The position numbers and the translations under genes were made by a program. The notes below the pieces were generated by a model. It did not search any database. It had not been told where the DNA came from and saw nothing but the letters and a program-made list of their open reading frames with translations. DNA of 64,000 bases, from contig CAZGEC010000023.1 in the NCBI GenBank assembly GCA_964524645.1, forward strand, positions 618 through 64,617. Direction: 5' to 3'. Source of the stretch: an uncultured Fibrobacteraceae bacterium. Its GTDB lineage: Bacteria; Krumholzibacteriota; Krumholzibacteriia; LZORAL124-64-63. Positions 40,502-48,800 of this stretch are shown here, piece by piece (position 1 is the stretch's first letter; each line of letters opens with the position of its first letter).

Positions 40502-43500
40502 ACCTGTCCTCGCTCTTCATCCGGCGGCCCGTCATGACGACGCTCGTCATGTCGGCGATCCTCATCTTCGGCCTGGCGGGCTACCGGCAGCTGCCCGTTT
40601 CGGACCTGCCCAACGTGGATTTCCCGACGCTCAACGTCACGGCGATCCTGCCCGGCGCCAGTCCCGAGACAATGGCCTCTGCCGTGGCGACGCCGCTGGA
40701 GAAGCAGTTCTCCACCATCGCCGGCATCTCCTCCATGACCTCCTCCAGCTCGCAGGGCGCCACGACGATCACGCTGCAGTTCGACCTCAGCCGCAACCTG
40801 GACGCCGCCGCCCAGGACGTCCAGTCGGCCATCTCGGTCGCGGAAGGGCAGCTGCCGCCGGACATGCCCAGCCCGCCGTCGTATCGCAAGGTCAATCCGG
40901 CCGATCAGCCGATCCTCTACATCGCGCTGACCTCGCCGACGCTCGCCCTCTCCGATCTCGACGAGTACGGCGAGACGCTCATGGCGCAGCGGATCTCCAT
41001 GGTGGAGGGTGTGGCGCAGGTGCTCGTCTACGGGTCGCAGAAGTACGCCGTGCGCATCCAGCTCGATCCACGCCTGCTGGCCGCCCAGGGCCTGGGCATC
41101 GACCAGATCTCGACGGCGGTCAGCAATGCGAACGTCAACCTGCCGACCGGCGCACTGGACGGCCGCTACCGGCAGTTCTCGGTGCAGGCGACCGGTCAGG
41201 TCACGCGGGCCGCGCAGTTCCGGCCGATCGTCGTCGCCTACCGATCCGGCCGGCCGGTTCGGCTCGACGATCTGGGGCACGTGCTGGACAGCGTGGAGAA
41301 CGACAAGACCGCCGCCTGGTTCGTCGACGACCGCTCGGTCGTGCTGGCCATCCAGCGGCAGCCGGGTACGAACACCGTCGCCGTCGCCCGGGCGGTACGG
41401 GCGTTGCTCCCGAGCTTCGAGGAGCAGCTGCCGCCGAGCGTCTCGCTGCACGTTCTCTTCGATCGGTCCGACTCCATCAAGGCCTCGCTGCGCGACGTCA
41501 AGATCACCCTGGCGATCACGCTCTTCCTCGTCGTCATGGTGATCTTCCTCTTCCTGCGCAACATCTCGGCGACCATCATCCCGAGCCTGGCCCTGCCGAT
41601 GTCGATCATCGGCACCTTCGCGATGATGTACCTGCTGGGCTACAGCCTGGACAATCTTTCGCTGATGGCCCTGGTGCTGTCGCTCGGGTTCGTGGTGGAC
41701 GACGCCATCGTCATGCTCGAGAACATCGTGCGCCACATGGAGCTGGGCGATCCCCCGCGGCAGGCTGCCTTCAGCGGCTCGCGCGAGATCGGCTTCACGA
41801 TCATCTCGATGACCCTGTCGCTGGCCGCCGTGTTCATCCCGGTCCTGCTGATGGGGGGCATCATCGGGCGGCTGTTCCGCGAGTTTGGCGTGACGATCGC
41901 CACGGCGATCCTGATCTCGGGCCTGGCCTCCCTGACGCTGACCCCGATGCTCTGCAGCCGCTTCCTGCGAACCGAGAGGGGGCGTGTCCACGGCCGCGTG
42001 TACAACAGCCTGGAGGCGGGATTCGCCTGGCTGCTGCGCAAGTACGAGCTGGGCCTGAGATGGTCGCTGTCGCACGGGCGGAGCGTCATGCTGTCCCTGG
42101 TGGTTGTGCTGATAGGAACGTTCTTCCTTTTCCGGGTGATCCCGAAGGGCTTCCTGCCCAGCGAGGACAACGGTCAGCTGTTCGGGCAAACCGAGGCGGC
42201 CCAGGGCATTTCCTTTGCGGACATGGTGGCGCATCAGCAGGCGGTGGCCGCCATCGTCGAGGCCGACCCGAACGTCGAATCGTTCATGTCCGCCTGCGGC
42301 TCCCGTGGTTTCGGCGCCAGCAATACGGGATTCCTGTTCCTGCGCCTGAAGCCGCGATCGCAGCGTGCGCTCTCCGCCGACGAGGTGGTCCAGGAGCTGC
42401 GTCCGAAGCTGGCTCAAGTGCCCGGTATCCTGACCTACCTGCAGAATCCGCCGCCGATCCGGATCGGGGGCCGGCTGACCAAGAGCCAGTACCAGTACAC
42501 GCTGCAGGCCTCCGACACGGACACGTTGTTCCATTACGGCCAGATCTTGCTGGACAGGATGAGCAGACTGCCCGGCTTGCAGGACGTCACCAGCGACATG
42601 CAGCTGGACAATCCGCAGGTCAACGTCGACATCGATCGCGACCAGGCCGCCGCGCTCGGGATCACGCCCCAGCAGATCGAGAGCGGCCTCTACACGGCCT
42701 ACGGCTCCCGCCAGATCTCGACGATCTACGCTCCCAACAACACCTACGACGTGATCATGGAGGTGGAGCCGGAGTTCCAGATGGATCCGGCGGCGCTGTC
42801 TCTGCTCTACATCAACTCGAGCAACAGCGATCTCGTGCCCCTGAGCGCCGTGGCCGCGATCACGCAGAACGTCGGGCCGCTGACCATCAACCACTCCGGC
42901 CAGCTACCCGCGGTCACCCTGTCGTTCAACACGGCACCGGGGGTCTCGCTCGGCGAAGCCGTTTCGAGGGTGCAGGAACTTGCGGTACGCACGCTGCCGG
43001 CCACCATCTCGACGAGCTTCCAGGGGACGGCGCAAGCCTTCCAGTCGTCGTCCGCGGGACTCGGTCTGCTGCTGCTGCTCACCGTGGTCGTGATCTACCT
43101 GGTCCTCGGCATCCTCTACGAGAGCTTCATCCACCCGCTGACGATCCTGTCGGCGCTGCCGTTCGCCGGTTTCGGGGCGCTGATCACGCTGCTGGTGTTT
43201 CACGTGGAGCTGAGCATCTACGCCTTCGTGGGCATCATCATGCTGGTGGGCCTGGTCAAGAAGAACGGCATCATCATGATCGACTTCGCGCTGCACGCCC
43301 AGCGCAACGAGGGCAAGAACGCGAGGGACGCCATCCTGGAGGCCTGCGTCATCCGCTTCCGGCCGATCATGATGACCACCATGGCGGCGCTCATGGGCAC
43401 GCTGCCCATCGCCCTGGCATCGGGTGCCGGCGCCGAATCACGACGCCCGCTCGGCATCGCCGTGGTCGGCGGGCTGTTCTTCTCGCAGTTTTTGACGCTC

Positions 43501-43602
43501 TTCGTGACACCTGTCTTCTTCACCTACATGGACCGTTTCCAGAACTGGCTGCGGCGGAGGGATGCGGCCGCCGAGCCGGTTCCGGCGGAGCAAGGCCCCT
43601 AG
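40498..43602 (+). CDS. RND efflux permease (MdtB/MdtC-like)
   Basis: FIRRPV.T, VVDDAIV..ENI, KKNGI, RFRPI.MTT. Confidence 0.95.
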   Translation: MNLSSLFIRRPVMTTLVMSAILIFGLAGYRQLPVSDLPNVDFPTLNVTAILPGASPETMASAVATPLEKQFSTIAGISSMTSSSSQGATTITLQFDLSRNLDAAAQDVQSAISVAEGQLPPDMPSPPSYRKVNPADQPILYIALTSPTLALSDLDEYGETLMAQRISMVEGVAQVLVYGSQKYAVRIQLDPRLLAAQGLGIDQISTAVSNANVNLPTGALDGRYRQFSVQATGQVTRAAQFRPIVVAYRSGRPVRLDDLGHVLDSVENDKTAAWFVDDRSVVLAIQRQPGTNTVAVARAVRALLPSFEEQLPPSVSLHVLFDRSDSIKASLRDVKITLAITLFLVVMVIFLFLRNISATIIPSLALPMSIIGTFAMMYLLGYSLDNLSLMALVLSLGFVVDDAIVMLENIVRHMELGDPPRQAAFSGSREIGFTIISMTLSLAAVFIPVLLMGGIIGRLFREFGVTIATAILISGLASLTLTPMLCSRFLRTERGRVHGRVYNSLEAGFAWLLRKYELGLRWSLSHGRSVMLSLVVVLIGTFFLFRVIPKGFLPSEDNGQLFGQTEAAQGISFADMVAHQQAVAAIVEADPNVESFMSACGSRGFGASNTGFLFLRLKPRSQRALSADEVVQELRPKLAQVPGILTYLQNPPPIRIGGRLTKSQYQYTLQASDTDTLFHYGQILLDRMSRLPGLQDVTSDMQLDNPQVNVDIDRDQAAALGITPQQIESGLYTAYGSRQISTIYAPNNTYDVIMEVEPEFQMDPAALSLLYINSSNSDLVPLSAVAAITQNVGPLTINHSGQLPAVTLSFNTAPGVSLGEAVSRVQELAVRTLPATISTSFQGTAQAFQSSSAGLGLLLLLTVVVIYLVLGILYESFIHPLTILSALPFAGFGALITLLVFHVELSIYAFVGIIMLVGLVKKNGIIMIDFALHAQRNEGKNARDAILEACVIRFRPIMMTTMAALMGTLPIALASGAGAESRRPLGIAVVGGLFFSQFLTLFVTPVFFTYMDRFQNWLRRRDAAAEPVPAEQGP

Positions 43603-43820
43603 GTCTTTCGGGCGTCCCGGATGTCCCGCAGGAGCAGGGTGATCACGAAGAGCAGCATGATACCCGAGAACTCGAACAGGCGGCCGGGCGAGTAGCGCTC
43701 GGCGATGATCGTGTAACCGGACCAGTTGGCGATCCTCTCGATCACGGCCAGAGCGAACAGGACGAGGGCCGCCAGGAAGAAGATCCGGTTCAAGAGGCTG
43801 GCGACGGTCTTCTGACTCAT
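43599..43820 (-). CDS. Small membrane protein (73 aa, 2 TM helices)
   Basis: MSQKTVASLLNRIFFLAALVLFALAVIER...LFEFSGIMLLFVITLLLRDIR; RBS GGAGG; ATGA-coupled to the upstream gene. Confidence 0.7.
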   Translation of the reverse strand: MSQKTVASLLNRIFFLAALVLFALAVIERIANWSGYTIIAERYSPGRLFEFSGIMLLFVITLLLRDIRDARKT

Positions 43821-44143
43821 CTCGCACCTCCTCCGACGGGGACCATGACGGCGGAACGGCCGATGGTCTTTACCTTGTCCGGATCGTAGCCCCATTTCCA
43901 GCGATAGACCGGCACGAAGGTGATGATGCCGGTATCCTCGTTCTCGAACCAGAGTTCGTCCCAGCGCGAATCGGAGCCGGGAGTGGAGGGCTGCAGGACC
44001 GCCACCAGATCGCCCCACTCGGCTGGAATCTGCTCCAGGGAGACCAGGTTCGTGGGTTCGACAGGCTGGCGAAGTCGGCTGCAGGAGGCCAGACAGACGA
44101 GCCCGCAACCCAGGCCAGCGAACAAGAGCCAGGACCAGCGCAT
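43817..44143 (-). CDS. Small putative lipoprotein (108 aa)
   Basis: RBS GAGGAGGG; signal with Cys (CLASC); body IPAEWGDLV...LWFENEDTG. Confidence 0.7.
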   Translation of the reverse strand: MRWSWLLFAGLGCGLVCLASCSRLRQPVEPTNLVSLEQIPAEWGDLVAVLQPSTPGSDSRWDELWFENEDTGIITFVPVYRWKWGYDPDKVKTIGRSAVMVPVGGGAR

Positions 44144-44403
44144 GGTGAATCTCCCTCCTCGCCCGGCTGGGCGACTGGTAGAGAAGGTGCCGTCCAGACA
44201 TGTCCGGGGGCTGACGGGATCCGGGAGGTGAAGGGCGACGAGGTGCGAGGCCGTGCCGGCCCACGGACGCCTGCGGGAACCACGGGAGCGGCGCGTCCCC
44301 TGGCGGGGCTGGAGCAACGCTGCACGGGACGTCGGCCGGCAGCGGGCGCTCCGCTCGCCTGGACTCCCGGCGCCACTATACTCCATTCCGCCGGAGCTTT
44401 GAA

Positions 44404-44504
44404 GATCCTGGTTCGGCGGATCCTGGTTCGGCGGCGGGCCGGCCCCCCGGGCCGGACATGCTCGGGGTGGCGGATTCGCCGGGGATGGCGGATCCGCCCG
44501 GGGA
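44404..44504. repeat. Two short tandem duplications: GATCCTGGTTCGGCG x2 (44404..44433) and imperfect TGGCGGAT[TC]CGCC(C)GGGGA x2 (44468..44504)
   Basis: Read directly in the intergenic region. Confidence 0.7.
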
Positions 44505-44532
44505 GGTGCTCGGTCGCGGGTCCTTCCCGCCG

Positions 44533-45927
44533 TCAGGGGGTGACGTAGCCGAGGGAGCGGAGCTGGGCCTTCTCCTGCTCGGTCATGGGCGGCTGGACAA
44601 ACTGGCGGGTGGCCTGCTTCCGCTCGGCGCCGAAGCGGGCGATGCGGTCGCGGCAGGCGGCCACGATGTCGGGCTCGCTCTCGCAACGGTTCCGGGCCTC
44701 GCGGGCATCCTCGACGAGGTTGAACAGCTCGTCCCGGCCGTCGGAAGACAGGATGAACTTCCAGGGCCAGTCGATCAGCGCCATGCGCACGCGCTGGAAG
44801 CGATGGCCCCAGACCGGGTTGAAGAGGTCCTTGTCGCGGGTGTAGTAGTTCTCGGCCAGCACCGGATGCTGGCCCGGCCGGTCCGGAAAGGCGAAGGCAT
44901 GGCGGGCGGCCGCCTCGCCGCCGCAAGCGGCCAGGATCATCCCCGGCAGGTCGGTGCCCGCGATCACCGTGTCGCTGATCCGACCCAGGCGCTGGCCGGG
45001 CTCACGGATGATCAAGGGCACCCAGAGCGCCTCCTGGTAGATGTCCTTGGAATGCTCCACCAGGTGATGCTCGCCGAAGTACTCCCCGTGATCGCTGGTC
45101 AGGACGACGAGCGTGCGCTCGGCGAGCCCCAGCCGCTGCAGCTCGTCCAGCAGGTCACCAATCCCCTCGTCGACGTTGGCCACGCCCGTGTCGTACTGAT
45201 CGATCACCTGCTGGACCAGATCCTGCGGGATGGGCCCCTCGCCGGGCATGACCGCTGCGTAGAGCCGGTCGAGCAGCTCGCCGTCGTCGAGCACTGCCGG
45301 CGGGTCCAGGAAACCCTCGCGCGGCGTGGCATTGTAGGGACGGTGCGTGTCCATGTAGTTGATGAACAGGAAGAACGGCTCCTGCGCGTGGCTCTCCAGC
45401 CAGGCGAAGACGCGCTGGTTCAGCTCCGGAGCCCGGAGGCGCTCGGGCTCGTAGACCTCGAACCCCTGGTCCAGCAGCCACCGCCGAGCCAGGTAGGCGA
45501 TGTTGGCCACGAAGGCCGCGGTGCGGTAGCCGCTGTCGGTGAGGACCTCCGCCAGGGTCAGCTGCTCGGGATCGAGCGGGTTGGCGTTGTTGCCCGGCGC
45601 TTCGGTGGGGAAGGTGCGGGCCCCGTGCTCGAAGGGGTACTTGCCCGTGAAGAGCGTGGCATGGGAGGGCAGGGTCCAGGGCGAAGCGGCGAAGGCCCGG
45701 CGGTAAAGCGTGGCCGTCCTGGCGAAGTCATCGATCCGCGGCGACGTGGGACGCCCGTAGCCGTAGCAGCCCAGGTGATCAGCTCGCAGGGCATCGAGGG
45801 TGACCAGGACGACGTTGACCGGCCGGCCGGCGGGCTCTTGCTCCCGGCCGGACCGGCAGCCTCCGAGGAGCAGGAGCGCCGCGAGAACCGGCACGCCGAG
45901 AGAGCAGGAACGGAGCAGGCGTTGCAT
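44533..45927 (-). CDS. Sulfatase-like hydrolase/transferase lipoprotein (alkaline phosphatase superfamily)
   Basis: Lipobox LGGC; VTLDALRADH, WTLPSHATLFTG, YMDTHRPY, TSDHGE, VPLII. Confidence 0.85.
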   Translation of the reverse strand: MQRLLRSCSLGVPVLAALLLLGGCRSGREQEPAGRPVNVVLVTLDALRADHLGCYGYGRPTSPRIDDFARTATLYRRAFAASPWTLPSHATLFTGKYPFEHGARTFPTEAPGNNANPLDPEQLTLAEVLTDSGYRTAAFVANIAYLARRWLLDQGFEVYEPERLRAPELNQRVFAWLESHAQEPFFLFINYMDTHRPYNATPREGFLDPPAVLDDGELLDRLYAAVMPGEGPIPQDLVQQVIDQYDTGVANVDEGIGDLLDELQRLGLAERTLVVLTSDHGEYFGEHHLVEHSKDIYQEALWVPLIIREPGQRLGRISDTVIAGTDLPGMILAACGGEAAARHAFAFPDRPGQHPVLAENYYTRDKDLFNPVWGHRFQRVRMALIDWPWKFILSSDGRDELFNLVEDAREARNRCESEPDIVAACRDRIARFGAERKQATRQFVQPPMTEQEKAQLRSLGYVTP

Positions 45928-46072
45928 GAGGACATCTCCCGGGGCGCGTTGCTGGCTGAGCTGTTGAACCCCCTGTCTCCATTAATGCTATCAGGATCGC
46001 CCCGGGGCAAGTCCGGGTCGCGAGGAAATCTCGGGCCGGGCAGGCAATAATGCCGCGCAATTGTCCGGATCC

Positions 46073-46081
46073 TGCTATAAT
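46073..46081 (+). promoter_or_regulatory. Extended -10 promoter TGCTATAAT
   Basis: Consensus TGnTATAAT in a GC-rich background, 233 bp before the ATG at 46315. Confidence 0.65.
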
Positions 46082-46090
46082 GTACGTTCA

Positions 46091-46310
46091 GATCGGCTCC
46101 GGGGGAGAGCCGATCGAGTTCCCGGATTCACGTGACAGCACTCGCCCCTGTCTCGCCCAGCGACCTCTGGGTCAGGTCGTGAAAGTGTCCCCCTGAAGAT
46201 GAATGGTCTCGCCGAGGGACTTCAGGCGGCCACGGGATTCCCGCTCGTGCGAGCCTGATCCGAGGCCAGGCCGCAGTGCTCTATCCGAAAGGCTCTTCAA
46301 CAGTGAGGTG
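46091..46310 (+). ncRNA. Candidate structured 5' leader or small RNA
   Basis: Stems: 46091..46099/46107..46115 (9 bp), 46137..46142/46275..46280, 46161..46166/46174..46179, 46192..46198/46220..46226, 46253..46257/46267..46271. Confidence 0.4.
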
Positions 46311-46314
46311 GATT

Positions 46315-47034
46315 ATGAAGTTCATGCGCATGTTGATCCCAAGCCTGCTACTGCTGGTGCTGGCGCTGCCGGCCATGGCCCAGTGCCCCGACCAGGTCGG
46401 CATCTTCATGACCGGCAACGGCACCCTGCTGCCAGGCCGGGTCTCGGAGGCCTGGTGCGGCGCTGGCGGCGAACCCGTCATGCCCGGCCGTCCCGGCAAC
46501 ACCGAGAATGCCATGTCCTGGGACGGCACGATCCTGGGCACCCAGTGGCGCGTCTGGGGCATGGCGATCGACGCGAGCGGGGCCGTGGAGATCGGCAACA
46601 CGGTGGACGTCAACGGCGACGGCACCATCACCTACTCCACGAATTACCTGGGCGGCGAGTTCTGGCTCTCCAAGGATTACCCCTGGAGCTTCGGGATCGT
46701 CGACCTGACGGGAGACCTCAGCTCCTACCTGGTGATCACCACGGTCACCTACGTCGCGGGCAACGCGGTGGGAGCCACGTCCAACGTCTCCTTCACGGGT
46801 GTCTTCTCGGATTGCCCGGCGGCCAACGGCTGCGTCATCGAGTTCGCGATCGCCAACGCCATGCTGGTCTGGAGCAGCGCCTACGGCGTTCCGATGCCCG
46901 TGGACTACCCCGACCTGCTGTGCGGGGCCGACATGGGCGAGCTCTTCGATGCCTGCTGCATCACGGTCAACCTGGACTGCCTCGTGTCCGCGGAGGGATC
47001 CAGCTGGGGCGGCGTAAAGAGCCTTTACAGGTAG
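46315..47034 (+). CDS. Secreted Cys-containing protein with C-terminal SWGGVKSLYR motif
   Basis: RBS GAGGTG; signal peptide MKFMRMLIPSLLLLVLALPAMA; beta-rich body. Confidence 0.8.
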   Translation: MKFMRMLIPSLLLLVLALPAMAQCPDQVGIFMTGNGTLLPGRVSEAWCGAGGEPVMPGRPGNTENAMSWDGTILGTQWRVWGMAIDASGAVEIGNTVDVNGDGTITYSTNYLGGEFWLSKDYPWSFGIVDLTGDLSSYLVITTVTYVAGNAVGATSNVSFTGVFSDCPAANGCVIEFAIANAMLVWSSAYGVPMPVDYPDLLCGADMGELFDACCITVNLDCLVSAEGSSWGGVKSLYR

Positions 47035-47202
47035 AAGGCGGTTCTTTGGCTTTGTTCCTGCTCCCCGTGCGCCCGGCGCTGCTTGTGCGGCGCCGGGCGC
47101 CGTGCTAGGCTGCCTGCCGTGCCAGACGGCCCTCCGCGCGGGTACCGCTCGGGCAGCGGGTCTGCGCGGCGATCACCTCGAACCCGCACCTCGGGAATCA
47201 CC

Positions 47203-48417
47203 ATGCCTGCCATCACACCCTTTTCCGGCGACCTCTCCCGCGCATGGCCCGCGCACTGGACCCTCGATCCCGAGGTGATCTTCCTGAATCACGGCTCCTT
47301 CGGAGCCTGCCCGCGGCCCGTGCTGGAGGAGCAGGCGCGGCTGCGCACGGAGCTGGAACGGCAGCCCGTACGCTTCCTGGGGCAGAGCTATCAGGAGCGC
47401 CTGGATGCGGCGCGTGCCGAGCTGGCCGGCTTCGCGGGGGCCGAGCCGCAGGACCTGGTCTTCGTGAACAACGCCACCACGGGAATCAATGCCGTGCTCC
47501 GCTCCCTCACGCTGCTGCCGGGCGAGGAGCTGCTGGTGACCGATCACGAGTACAACGCCACCCGCAACGCCGTCGATTTCGTGGCCCGCCGCACCGGAGC
47601 GTCGGTGGTCCTGGCCCGGGTGCCTTTCCCCCTCGCCTCGCCCGCCGAGGCGGTCGATGCGGTGATGGCGGCCGTCACGCCGCGCACGCGCCTGGCCGTG
47701 CTGGATCACGTCACCAGCCCGACCGGGCTCATCCTGCCGGTGACGGAGCTGGCGGCTGCGCTGGCGGAACGCGGCGTGGAGGTCCTGGTGGACGGGGCGC
47801 ACGGACCGGGCATGCTCCCGCTCGCGGTGCCGGCCCTCGGCGCCGCCTACTACACGGGAAACTGCCACAAGTGGCTCTGCGCACCCAAGGGGGCCGCCTT
47901 TCTCTGGGTGCGGCGCGACCGGCAGTCGCAGGTCCGGCCCTGCGTCATCAGCCACGGAGCCAACCAGCCGCTCCGGGAGCGCTCCCGCTTCCAGATGGAG
48001 TTCGACTGGACGGGCACCGACGATCCCACGGCCTGGCTCGTGGTTCCGGCGGCGATCCGCTTTCTGGGCTCGCTCCTGCCGGGTGGCTGGCCGGAGCTGA
48101 TGGCTCGCAACCATGCCCTGGCCGTGGCGGCGCGCCGGCTGCTCTGCGAGGTCCTCGCCATCGCGGAACCCTGTCCCGCGAGCATGCTCGGCAGCCTGGC
48201 CAGCGTGCCGCTGCCCGATCTGCCGGCCGGCACTCCCCTGCCGGAGCACGGTCGCGATCCGCTCAACGACGTGCTGGAGCGCGAGCACGGGATCGTGGCG
48301 CCGGTCATCCTCTGGCCCGTTCCGCCTAAGCGCCTCCTGCGCGTGTCGGCGCAGGCCTACAATACCCTCGACCAGTACCGCCACCTGGCGGAGATCCTGC
48401 CGCAGGTCATCCCCTGA
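47203..48417 (+). CDS. Aminotransferase class V PLP enzyme (isopenicillin N epimerase / cysteine desulfhydrase-like)
   Basis: FLNHGSFGACP, NATTG, DHVTSPTG, VDGAHG, GNCHKWLCAPKG, RVSAQAYN. Confidence 0.9.
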   Translation: MPAITPFSGDLSRAWPAHWTLDPEVIFLNHGSFGACPRPVLEEQARLRTELERQPVRFLGQSYQERLDAARAELAGFAGAEPQDLVFVNNATTGINAVLRSLTLLPGEELLVTDHEYNATRNAVDFVARRTGASVVLARVPFPLASPAEAVDAVMAAVTPRTRLAVLDHVTSPTGLILPVTELAAALAERGVEVLVDGAHGPGMLPLAVPALGAAYYTGNCHKWLCAPKGAAFLWVRRDRQSQVRPCVISHGANQPLRERSRFQMEFDWTGTDDPTAWLVVPAAIRFLGSLLPGGWPELMARNHALAVAARRLLCEVLAIAEPCPASMLGSLASVPLPDLPAGTPLPEHGRDPLNDVLEREHGIVAPVILWPVPPKRLLRVSAQAYNTLDQYRHLAEILPQVIP

Positions 48418-48513
48418 GGGGCCGTCTTCCGCCGAGAGGCCTTCTCCGCGCTTCCGGGCTTCGACGGCACCGAACTGGCGCACGATAATTAGTCAGAAAA
48501 AACATGAAAATAT

Positions 48514-48583
48514 GGACTTTACCCAGGTAAAGTCCGCGCCTTCACCCGGGTGAAGGGCCGGCCCCTTGTTCATCCGGGTGAAC
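48514..48583. repeat. Cluster of three related palindromes: TTTACCCAGGTAAA (48518..48531), TTCACCCGGGTGAA (48541..48554), TTCATCCGGGTGAA (48569..48582)
   Basis: Read directly; the first extends to 22 bp (GGACTTTACC-CA-GGTAAAGTCC) and the second to an 18 bp perfect palindrome. Confidence 0.85.
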
Positions 48584-48703
48584 CGCTGTGCTGTGTATAA
48601 CTCATTGTCAAGGAATGAATTAACCAATTGGACTACTTGCCGGTGCCGGAAGCTCCGCGCGCCTGGCCGCTATCAGCCGCTACCCCCGACCAAAATCTGT
48701 ACC

Positions 48704-48766
48704 TTGACATCCAATTCATCCGCTATTATATAGTATAAAAAGGTCCAATTATCTCTATTGTGGCCG
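48704..48766 (+). promoter_or_regulatory. ric promoter (TTGACA at 48704, TATATA/TATAGT -10) with an operator shared with the hemerythrin promoter
   Basis: TTGACA-17-TATATA; 48725..48766 aligns with 32425..32467. Confidence 0.65.
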
Positions 48767-48800
48767 GGTCAAGCCTGCCCGGCTTGTCCAGGAGGTCGTC

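Noticed and set aside
48541-48554. Canonical parS, Noc-binding site, matS or dif
   Set aside because: The half-site GTTCACCC does not match TGTTTCAC, TATTTCCC or GTGACA, and there are no XerC/XerD arms; kept as a novel motif instead
48514-48583. Three spaced palindromes as a mini-CRISPR array
   Set aside because: Repeats are only 14 bp, gaps are 9 and 14 bp, and no cas gene is present
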